Translations under genes and position numbers: made by a program
The notes under the pieces: model-generated
The model's database searches: none
Told to the model about the DNA's origin: nothing
The model's input: the letters and a program-made list of their open reading frames with translations, nothing else
Source of the DNA: Octopus vulgaris
Taxonomy: Eukaryota
Direction of reading: 5' to 3'
Assembly (NCBI GenBank): GCA_951406725.2
Contig: OX597816.1
Coordinates: forward strand, 1,550,001 to 1,614,000
Length of the DNA: 64,000 bases
In this document: positions 52,872 through 64,000 of the stretch, piece by piece
How the letters are laid out: each line of letters opens with the position of its first letter
Numbering within the stretch: position 1 is the first letter of the stretch

Positions 52872-54050
52872 ATAATTCTTTTAACAATTACAACAAATAA
52901 TGAAGTCAGTTTAACGAATAAATTTCTCAAGCATCATCATCTTCCATACTGGCATCGGCTGAACAGTTCAACAAGGTCCAACAAGCGATGCCTTTCCTAA
53001 TGCCATCCACTTAACAGCGGGTCAAGGGTGCTTTTTCTTTTATGACACTGGCACAAGTGAAACCACCAAGTTATTCAGGAGACAAAGAAGAAACCCCGTC
53101 TCGACTAAGCGGGGATGCAGTATTGACATTACGTATGTCTGTATCAGACACTGAGAGGTTAAAGCATGATAGAGAGAGGTAAGAACATGTGTCTTGCTAT
53201 AGGTGAGAGACATAGCTTGCCCAAATGGAAGGAGATGGTGAGGGTGTCTCTTCAGAGTACAAGGTGATTATAAGAGAGGGAATAGGGAGAAAGGAAAGGG
53301 TGGTGGGTAGGCAAGTTTGCAAAAGCATAAAAAGTGTGGGACAGGATTTCATCTTGAAATAGAAAGGATGTCAATACTGTTAAACCTTTGGAAGTTGTTC
53401 TGAGAAATAGATTTCATTAGTTGTTGCATCATCATCGTTTAACGTCCGCTTTCCATGAGGGCTGGCAAACCAGGTGGCTGCACCAGGCTCCAGTCTTGAT
53501 CTGGCAGAGTTTCTACAGCTTGATGCCCTTCCTAACGCCAACCACTCTGAGAGTATAGTGGATGCTTTTACGTGCCACCAGCACGGCGCCAGTCAGACGG
53601 TATTGGCAACGATCAAAGAAAAATAAATTAGAAAAGCTTTTCTTGTAGAATATTCTGAAGAATAAATAATAAAGAAATACAAGCAAAGGTATTGCTAGGT
53701 TGTTAAGAAGTCTGCTTTGCGACCATGTGATTTGGGGGTTCAGTCCTACTATACGGGACCTTAAGCAAGGGTCTTCTATTATAGCCCTTGGTTGACCAAT
53801 GCCTTGTCAGTGAATTTCATAGGTGGAAACTGTGTGGAAGCCTCTGTGTGAGTACACTGCTTGACAACCAGTGTTGACTGGTTTTCATACTTGTAACCTA
53901 ACAGTTCAGTAAAAGTGACTGATATAAGTACAAGACTTTAAAAAAAATTCTGGGGTCAATTTGCTTAACATGGTGCCCCAGCATGGGCACAATCCAATGA
54001 CTGAAACAAGCAAAAACAACAAAAACAAAATAAAAATGGTTGGAACTCAC

Positions 54051-54192
54051 TGGATGGAATAACATTGAATGACCAATGCGTGAGCGAACTTCACTGCAAT
54101 CTTCCTGGAGTTTACGCCACGTGTTTGTAGGTACATGATAAGAAAAGAGACCACTGAAGGTTGGTTCATGACTTCTTTCTCCTTCACCGGAA
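54051..54192 (-). CDS. MKLN1: Muskelin exon: (S)SGEGERSHEPTFSGLFSYHVPTNTWRKLQEDCSEVRSRIGHSMLFHP
   Basis: Boundaries tgaag| and CCA|gtgagt; 142 nt, phase 2/0. Confidence 0.93.
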
Positions 54193-55676
54193 CTTCAAGA
54201 CACACAAAAAAAAAGAAAATTAAAACAAAGAATTTAAAACCGACATCATCATCATCATCTTAATATTCACCTTTCCCTGATTGCATAAGTCAGACAGACT
54301 TTATTGAGGTAAATTTCTATGGCTGGATGCCCTTCCTGCTGCCAACCCTTACCGCTTTCCTGTAAGGTAATATCCCCCCCACCGACAGACATCCTAGCAG
54401 AATATTGGTGCCAGATGAAAAGCACCCAGCACACACTCTGAAGTGGTTGGCATTAAGAAGGGCATTGAGCTGCAAGTCAGACTGGAACCTGGTACAACTC
54501 TGGTTAAACCCTACAACCCATGCCAGCATGGAAAACAGACATTAAATGATGATGATGAATCAGACTGGTTGCATAACAATTAGCAGGTTGGGCTCATCAG
54601 TCTTCATTGATAATCAACCAAACATAAATAATACTTCATAATTAAAAGATTATTTCTTTTAGAATTTCTTTGTTTTGACACACAACAACTAAACTTATTT
54701 ACTCAAACAAGTGGCTGTTATGTCACTAATTGAATCACTTTGTAATTAAACACTTTTGTACCAATTCCGAAGACACTAAACATCTGCCCATCTTTTTCCA
54801 ACTCTTTTCATCCCAACCCATCTGCTTCTATCACACAAATTTCCCATTATAAACTGGTCTTACATTAAAAACTTACATTACCTAATTTTCAGCTAATAGT
54901 GTTAAGGAGTGTGAAGTAAAATGGTCTTCTTTGTCATTTTCTATCAAATATGAGAGACAACACCAAATAGGTTTCAGTTTAATTCTAACCTCATCAGTTA
55001 AGCATAGCTTTTGCCATACTTCCTGAAGTAGTGTCTTTCATCAGTGTATATGCATAAGATTATACACTTATTGATATGGGATAAGTTCGCTCAGAATGAA
55101 TTTTTAAATTCAGAGTCACCATCTGCATGAAAAACCAACAGGTAAGTCTATGCATGTAATGAGGATCTATAAAGAATGATTGCATGGATAGTCATCCTGT
55201 TTCATCTTCAACAACAAGGGAACTACTACAACAAATAGAAAACCTCTTTAGTATCAAGATTGAGAAGTACAAGCATATAAAAATATGTGAGGCCACATCA
55301 CTCTCGGAGTGGTTGGTGTTAGGAAGGGCATCCAGCTGTAGAAACTCTGCCAGATCAAGACTGGAGCCTGGTGTAGCCATCTGGTTCGCCAGCCTTCAGT
55401 CAAACTGTCCAACCCATGCTTGCATGGAAAGCAGACGTTAAACAATGATGATGATTAAAATCTCATGGGGATTTATGCTCTAAACTTCACATTAATAACG
55501 ATAGAGTTACTTTACTAAATTCTTTATTTTCAAATTAATTTCAAGTCCACAAAGGCAAAATATTACAATAAAAGCATTAACAGCTTCGTCTTCCAATTTT
55601 CTTTATTACGCAAATCAGTTGAGATTGTAACTTGCAGCAGTTTAGTCAAGTCTTTTGCATCTTCTTACTAAAAGAC

Positions 55677-56061
55677 GGCGCAGGAGTGGCTGTGTGGTAA
55701 GTAGCTTGCTTACCAACCTCATGGTTCCGGGTTCAGTCTCACTGCGTGGCATCTTGGGCAAGTGTCTTCTGCTATAGCCCCAGGCTGACCAATGCCTTGT
55801 GAGTGGATTTGGTAGACGGAAACTGAAAGACGCCTGTCGTATATATGTATATATATGTGTGTGTGTGTCTGTGTTTGTCCCCCTAGCATTGCTTGACAAC
55901 CGATGCTGGTGTGTTTACGTCCCCGCCACTTAGCGGTTCGGCAAAAGAGACCGATAGAATAAGTACTGGGCTTACAAAGAATAAGTGCCGGGGTCGATTT
56001 GCTCGACTAAAGGCGGTGCTCCAGCATGGCCGCAGTCAAATGACTGAAACAAGTAAAAGAG
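55677..56061 (+). mobile_element. Full-length SINE family A
   Basis: Near-identical to 3761-4172. Confidence 0.85.
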
Positions 56062-56621
56062 TCATTGGCCATCAATCATCCTATTCTTTTGCAGATGACC
56101 TATTGACCCTTTAACAATCAAATGAGACTCTATCGAATGTAATACTTATTGATATTGTTTTGAATTAATCATGCATTATGTTGTAGTTTAGAAATTTCCA
56201 TGTGATTGCTTATTTTTACAGTGACATTGCAGGGTAGGTATGAGAGGCTGGATCAGGCCAGTTTGAACAGTAAACAGGGGAAATATTTGGGCTGGATTTG
56301 GTCAGTTTAAATGCCAAAGGGTTCATTTTCTCTTCAGTCTGTTTGAAAATCACCATTTTTTTCTCTTTAGTCCTTCTTCCATGCTAGATGGAGTTGGACA
56401 GTCTGAGAGGATCTAACAGGTCTGAGAACTGCATTGTGCTCCAGTTGTCTATTTTGGCAAGGTTTCTACACCTGGAGGCCTTTCCTGACACCAATCACTT
56501 TACAGAGTGTGGACTGGGTTTGTTTTACATGGCACTTGCACCATACAGCTCACAAGACTAAGGCCACAATAGAAACAGTGGCTCAAATTAAGAGAGTTTA
56601 AAAAGTGAGAAATCCAATTTA

Positions 56622-56861
<240 letters not shown>

Positions 56862-57893
56862 TCAGTGATTTCCTTGTGGTTATTGAAGAATGATTGATTT
56901 AAAGAACCACAAAACTAAATTTCATTCTTCAGAGGGGAAACAAAAATATACTGTCATCATTATCCTCCTCCTCCTCCTCATCAACAACATCCGTTTTCCA
57001 TGCTGGCATGGGTTGGATGGTTTGATAGGAACTGGCAAGGCCAGGAGCCACACCAAGTGCCATAGCCTTCTTTGGCTTGGTTTCTAGGTCAGATGCCCTT
57101 CCTAATGCCGACCATTTTACAGAGGGGACTGGGTGCTTTTAACACAGCCCCATCACCAGTGCTTTTTAGGTCAGTTGGTGGGTCTTCTTGAGTAAAGCAA
57201 TGGGCCACAGATCTCAGGCCTTTGTCATCTCCTTCTTAACACTCACTATTCTGAGATCAGCCTTCACTTTATTTTGTATAATTTACATTTTAATAAGCCA
57301 AATCATCCTCATCACTGACATCCATGTCCCATGATGGCTTGGGTTGGATGGGTTGATAGGATCCAATGTGCTCAAGGTCCACATTTTGCTCCACTGCCTG
57401 CTTCAACATGGCTTCACTCTCTGCTGGATGCCCTTCCTAACACCATCCACTTCACAGAGAGGGCCCGGTGTGTTTTCATGCTACCCCATACATCAAAGGT
57501 AACAGAGGTGGGTAGGGTGTTAAGAAGCTTACCTCCCAACTACATGGTCTCGGCTTTGTGACATCTTGAGCAAGTGTCTACTAATTCCAGCTCAGGGTTG
57601 ACCAAAATCTTGTGACTGCATCTGGTAGTGTGTGCGTGCGTGTGTGCATCGATACACGTTCTGGCATTGACATTTCGGCAACCATCACTGAGTGGTGTTG
57701 TTGATGTTTGTTCATAATCGTCTCCAGAAAACATTTGGCCGCGAGAAATATTGCCTTGCTTGGAAACAACAACAACAAGGACATCCAGCTGTAGAGAATC
57801 AGCTTCAACCTGCCCCTCTGACTCATGCAAGCATGGAAAAGTGGTCGTTAAAACAATGATGATAATGATTACCTGGCTTAATCTCCTTTCTTA

Positions 57894-58088
<195 letters not shown>

Positions 58089-58507
58089 CTATAAATAACA
58101 CAAATCATAAGTTACATACAGTTGTGTGTCTATACAGACAACACTTCATGAACCTTGTTCTATGTAACACCATCCAGTTTTGTATAAAATGAGTCAAGTT
58201 TCAAGAAGATGAGAGAATTTCTACAAGTTTCAAAGTAAATCTAAAAAGATTTCATATCAAGAAACATTTCTCAAACAGTTTAGATTAAAGACTATGAATA
58301 AAGACTATGATTAAAGACTATGAATAAAGTTTGGTTAAATGTTTGTTCCTGGATCCAATTGTGAAATTTTGTGAAAGGAAAACAAAATCATTTCTGCCAT
58401 GAAGGTTTCTTTCCTCTAACCTCATCGCTGTTACCATTCTTAGTTTTAACTAAAAACAAAGCAATTAAATCTCACAACAGACTTAGTAAATTTGTTAATT
58501 GGTTCTA

Positions 58508-58714
<207 letters not shown>

Positions 58715-59269
58715 TCAGTTGTAGTGTTTTTACATTCACTTATCCATGCTTGGTTGAGGCAGATTTTTCTGCAGCTGGATGCCCTTCCTGTTGCCAACCT
58801 TCACTTGTTTCCAAGTGAAGAAATATTTCCTTTTGGTCGGCAATGTCTGCATGGAAGACTGGAAACAAATGAGACACCACTTGTATGATGGTGATGTTCA
58901 TTTACAACTACCACATGATATTAATGCAAGGAGACACACACACACACACACAGAGCAAACTTCTTTCAGTTTCTATCAACCAAATCCACTAACAAGGCTT
59001 TGATCAGCCCAGAGCTATGGTAGAAGACACATGCTCAAGGTGGGACTGAACCTGAAACCACATGGTTGGGAAGCGAATTTCTCAACCACACACACACAAG
59101 TCTATATTGATATATTTTCAAGTAATTCTTCAAGGGAACTCTTTTCTAAATATGATTCATGCATAAAAAACAAAGATAATTAGAAAATAAAATCACTGTT
59201 TCCTTTACAAGAAGACAGAATACTTTGATGAGAATAAAAAAAGATTGAAACCAAATCCAAATGATTTAC

Positions 59270-59341
59270 CTGTAAGAGGATCAATACACATCTGGTGACC
59301 TCCTCGCATACCTGGCCGGTGATCAAATGTTGTGTTATTAC
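59270..59341 (-). CDS. MKLN1: Muskelin exon: (G)NNTTFDHRPGMRGGHQMCIDPLT(E)
   Basis: Boundaries cgtag| and CAG|gtaaat; 72 nt. RPGMRGGHQM kelch motif. Confidence 0.95.
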
Positions 59342-59976
59342 CTACGGAATTGACAAAACAATGGTTATGTTTGTAAATTGTTTTAATAAAACTATCTGTT
59401 TAAAATCCATAGAAAATGTAGAGGTGTAGCAATTCAGCCATAAAAAAAAAAAAGGAATATGGCACAGGTTAACGTAATCAGATGAAAATTAATTGGTTGT
59501 CATTTTTTAAACAAGATAATAATACTAAGATGTTGCTCTGCTGATTATGACTAATAAATCAATCTGAATTATTGCTGGCCTCAACTTACTGAGAGTTTAG
59601 AGTGAAAACTATGACAAATAATACGGTATATCTGTAGAGAATGGTAGCAGAAGGAAATATTGGTTGGTTGATATCTGCAGTCATGCTTCACATTGGTTAG
59701 AGAGAGAGAGAGAGAGGGGCAAAGAATAAAAGGGAAAAATTGAGAGAGAGAGTGAGAGTTAAAATAAGAGGAGCAAAATGAGTGCACATACTATGCTTAG
59801 TAGCAGGCAATGAGTAAATGAATGCCCCACCTCCCTCCCGCCCACACAAATTTTAATTTCAAACACTTCCTTTTTAATTTTTTCAATCCTGTTTTCTCTA
59901 ATTTCATTTCCCACATCATCATCATCATCATCATCAAAAACAAATATTGCAAAATAATTGAACATTCTGCCAATAC

Positions 59977-60051
59977 CTTTACTGATCGGTTCAATGGGTG
60001 TCCACTTTGGTTTGTAGTCCTGCTGGCTTATGTAATGGTGGAAAAGACCAT
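59977..60051 (-). CDS. MKLN1: Muskelin exon: (D)GLFHHYISQQDYKPKWTPIEPISK(G)
   Basis: Boundaries gatag| and AAG|gtattg; 75 nt, phase 1/1. Confidence 0.93.
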
Positions 60052-61711
60052 CTATCAGACGAGAAGACATTATGTAGAGATTTCATCAGACGAACCACAG
60101 AATGCAAATATTAAAACAGAAAACAACATTTAATGCAAAGAAAATATTTTAATTGGTTTTGTCAAAATAAATTTATTCAAAAAAACAACAAAAAACAAAA
60201 AAAAAACACTGGAAGGGTACAGCTCGATCTAATGTTATTACAAAAAGTAAATTTTGTGGATTTTTCAATACAAGGTAGAGGCATGGCTCATAAGCATAGG
60301 TGTGGATGGTTCTGGGTTCAGTCCCACTATGTGGCACCTTGGGGCAAGTGTCTTCTAACTATAGCTTCAGGTCAACCAAAACCTTGTCAGTGGATTTGGC
60401 AGACAGAAAACCATCACTGCTTGACAACTAGTAGTAACTAAGCAGTTCAGCAAAAGAGACTGATAGAGTAAGTACCAGACTTGAAAAACAAGGACTGAAG
60501 TTGATTCATTCAACTAAAAACCCTTAAAGGTGGTGCTCCAGCATGGCCACAGTCTAATGACTGGGACAGAAAAAAAAGAAGATAAAAGATAAAATGATAT
60601 TTTGCTTATTAGGGAGAATGGGTAAGAACATTGCTTCTCAACCACATTGTTGCAGGTTCAGTCCCACTGCATGGCTCCTTTTACTAAAGCCCTGGGTCCA
60701 ACCAAAGCCTTGGGAGTGGATTTGATCGACAGAAACTGAGAGAAGCCTGTCATACGAATATGTGTGCGTCTCCTTCTCTTGACATTGCTTTCATATTTTA
60801 AATGATCGATTAAGCAACGTTACAATACTGTTATCTTTACTTGTGTCAACCAGAGGCTGTGGCCATGCTGGGGCACCACCATTATGTATAATTTTATATA
60901 TTTAAACATTTGTTTTCACTTTTTAGAAATGTTTCTTTTTGTTGTTACTCTTTGAATTTTATTTTGAAAACAAAAATGATTCATCAGTATATTTGAATAA
61001 CGTTTTTTTGTGCATTTTTAGTCAGCATTTTAAATCAAAGCTAAATGTTTTAATACCGGTGAGAATATATAACAAAATGTCTTTTGTTCTTAGATCAAAT
61101 TTCAAAATAGATGAGGGACAAATATCCTCCTGGATAAGACACAGGACTAGGTAACATTTCAAGGTGATTTGGAATCTATTCTGAACAGCTGAGGGCAGTA
61201 AAGGATATATAGAATTAAATGTGTGAGCCAAATACACAACAAAATGCCAGAAGAACTTTGATCGGGTGTGTCTCATCATCATCATTTAATGCCCATGATC
61301 CCTAGAGGCATGGGCGGGACAGTTTGACAGGAGTGGAAGAGGAGGAGAAAAGAGACCCGGGTCTTGAGTGCTAAGGTGGCAGTGTTGCATGACCAGGCAG
61401 CTGCGAGGAGGAGGAATGAATGTAGTGGTGGTAAGAGGAAAGACAGAAAGTCTGTGGGTCAGAGATCAAAGTGTGTTGGGGACTGACTAATATATCAATT
61501 AGTCAGGTAAACCTTTCTATGGATGCAGTCTTAGACGTGTGTGTGTAACAGCAGCACCATCCCAGGCACAGAAGCACAGTATACCATTGTATGCAAGACA
61601 AAATACACACTGATGCAGAGAATATCAAGGAGCAAAAAATTTCACAATAAATAAACAGATTTTTAACTAAATTTACAAATCAAAGTGAAGAAAAAGTCTA
61701 ACGACACATAC

Positions 61712-61766
61712 CTTTGCTGGCACAGGTAATCATTTTTTCACACATGTCAAAGTCTCCTTGCATTAC
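61712..61766 (-). CDS. MKLN1: Muskelin exon (CTLH): VMQGDFDMCEKMITCASK(D)
   Basis: Boundaries ttcag| and AAG|gtatgt; 55 nt. Matches VLKGDFDACEELI. Confidence 0.92.
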
Positions 61767-62314
61767 CTGAATTAAGAAGAAATTTGTACTTTTAGTTGAA
61801 AATAATATTTCCTTTTTTTTTTCAATGAGAACATATTTTTGAAACCATTTCATCAAGAAATACCACTATCATCATCATCATCCATTTTCTATGTTGGCCG
61901 TGGTTTGGAGAATTTGAGAGGAGCTGGTCAGCTAGGGGACGGTGCCAAGCTGCAATGTCTACTTTGGCACGGTTTCTGTGGCTGAATGCCCTTCCTGGTG
62001 CCAACCACTTTACAGAGATTACAAGGTGCATTTCACCTGGTACCATCATCATCATCATAAGCAAAGTCACCAACTCACAAAACCGGACCCCGACCCCTCA
62101 AATGATGGTCAAGGAATTGAGGGAGGTGGCCAAATGCCAATATATTTAATGTAGTCATATAATCAATTACACCCCACCCCATGGCCAGACATGTTTGGAC
62201 AGAATATTGGGAATGAATGACACTGCTTGCATGACAGGGACATTCATTTACATCTACCATGTGATGTCAAGACAAGGAGACAGACAGACACACACATGTG
62301 TGTGTATGTATGCA

Positions 62315-62350
<36 letters not shown>

Positions 62351-62351
<1 letters not shown>

Positions 62352-62455
62352 TTTATTTTAAGCAGCAGAAAATTCAACAAAATCTGTTACTCTGAGTTTC
62401 TCGTTGGCGTTCAGAGTAACAGATTTTGTTGAATTTTCTGCTGCTTAAAATAAAG
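62351..62455. repeat. Perfect 45-bp inverted repeat with 15-nt loop, inside a short (TA)n-flanked element
   Basis: 62351-62395 is the exact reverse complement of 62411-62455. Confidence 0.93.
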
Positions 62456-62526
62456 CATATTACTCTACCACTGGTATTTGAGTACTCTTTTTTCCACCTT
62501 GTTTCACATTTATGTGTTTACTCCGG

Positions 62527-62560
<34 letters not shown>

Positions 62561-62564
62561 TATA

Positions 62565-62920
62565 TTCTTTTATTTGTTTCAGTCATTTGACTGCGGCCAT
62601 GCTAGAGCACCACCTTTAGTCAAACAAATCAATCTCAAGACTTGTTCTTTGTAAGCCTAGTACTTATTCTATCAGATCTCTTTTGCTGAACTGCTAAGTT
62701 ATGGGGACATAAACACACCAACATCAGTTGTCAAGCGATATGTTTGTATATATGACATATATATATACGATGGGCTTCTTTCAGTTTCTGTCTACCGAAT
62801 CCACTCACAAACCTTTGGTTGGCCCGAGGCTATATAGTAGAAGACACTTACCCAAGGTGCTACACAGTGGAACTGAACCAGGTATGCAAGCTACTTACCA
62901 CAAAGCCACTCCTGCACACA
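62565..62920 (-). mobile_element. SINE family A copy
   Basis: Reverse complement of 3761-4172 with a small internal deletion. Confidence 0.8.
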
Positions 62921-63194
62921 TATATATATATGTGTGTGTTTGTATATATGACATTCTTTTAGTTTCTCACAAGGTTTTGGCCAGCTATAGCAGAAGACAC
63001 TTGCCCAAGGTGCCATGCAATGGGATTGAACCCACGGTTGGGAAACAGACTTCTTAACCACACATCCAAACCTGTGCTGCCTTTTGTCCGTGAAGGCCGA
63101 GATGCTTCTGAGGGTCTCTACATACAGCTTTTACTATTTACAATTTGAAAAACAAAATAAAAAAAAGCAACAAGAAAACAGACAAAATATATCA

Positions 63195-63359
<165 letters not shown>

Positions 63360-63542
63360 TCAACAAAAGAAATCGGTTCAGGTATTAGAATACCAAATGA
63401 AACAAATAACTGAAGCAGGAGGATTTTAGTTTCATATTTAACAATAATTTCATCTAAATTAGATTCTCCCAACTAAAATCAACACTGAATAATAAAAGAT
63501 GTGAGTTTAAAAACTAGTTTGGGTCTATTAAGAGTAATACAA

Positions 63543-63853
63543 ACAAGAGCACCAAGAGAGTGCAAACCTCCGCCAAGGCAACACCAACATCCTCTCAACG
63601 ATTAGCCAGAGATGACTTTTAAAATGAGAATAGATGAAATAAACTCGACCGGTTTCACAAAAGGGAATACTAAAAATTAGGTAAAAAAACTGGATTGATC
63701 CCAAAATCTAATCAGTTTGTGTCAGTCACAAGGCAAAACATCCCTGAAAGTTTCATCCAAATCCATCCAGCGGTTCTTGAGATATCTTGACCATGGACAA
63801 ACAAATACGACTGAAAACAATACCTCCACCTTTGCTAAAGTGGAGGCAATAAT
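63543..63853 (+). mobile_element. Probable non-autonomous Helentron-type (HINE-like) element
   Basis: 5' subterminal acctccgccaagg and a 3' hairpin cctccacctttgctaaagtggagg whose right arm also complements the 5' motif. No ORF. Confidence 0.5.
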
Positions 63854-64000
63854 GATTTCCAGTTGCGGCAGAGGGTCAACGGTTTTTGAGGAAAGCCGAT
63901 TACATCAACCCCAATGATCAACTGGCATTTGCTAAATGATATATATAAGACAACTGGAGGTCTCTAAGGGACACCTTGCTGAGAGCCACTGACCAGATCT

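Noticed and set aside
55020-55050. Second CTGATGA box on the minus strand as another hammerhead
   Set aside because: No downstream stem plus GAAA at the right spacing.

Overview
AT-rich, microsatellite-dense animal genomic DNA. The repeat families look like those of an octopod cephalopod (Octopus sp.); this is an inference. The window holds two convergent intron-rich genes, both reconstructed by hand from GT-AG boundaries with consistent reading phase. On the + strand are the last 7 coding exons of a TEAD/scalloped transcription factor (YAP-binding domain, 1616-11797). On the - strand are the last 16 coding exons of muskelin/MKLN1 (LisH, CTLH, kelch repeats and C-terminus, 63356 down to 30229). 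Introns are packed with transposable elements: three near-identical CR1-type LINE copies with (ATT)n tails, a Dong/R4-type LINE fragment in (TAA)n with a CR1 nested inside it, RTE fragments, two tRNA-derived SINE families, a Penelope-like GIY-YIG relic with inverted terminal repeats, TTAA-flanked MITEs, a Tc1/mariner fragment and a probable Helentron-type element. The most striking unexplained signal is a set of hammerhead-ribozyme-like motifs in several unrelated short repeats. One has a fully intact catalytic core on the muskelin pre-mRNA strand (42578-42621). Another lies in a 432-bp palindrome made of a tRNA-like Pol III head joined to a hammerhead-bearing tail (47507-47938). Most ORF-track entries are spurious translations of microsatellites or repeats. 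All coordinates were counted by eye and no database searches were run.
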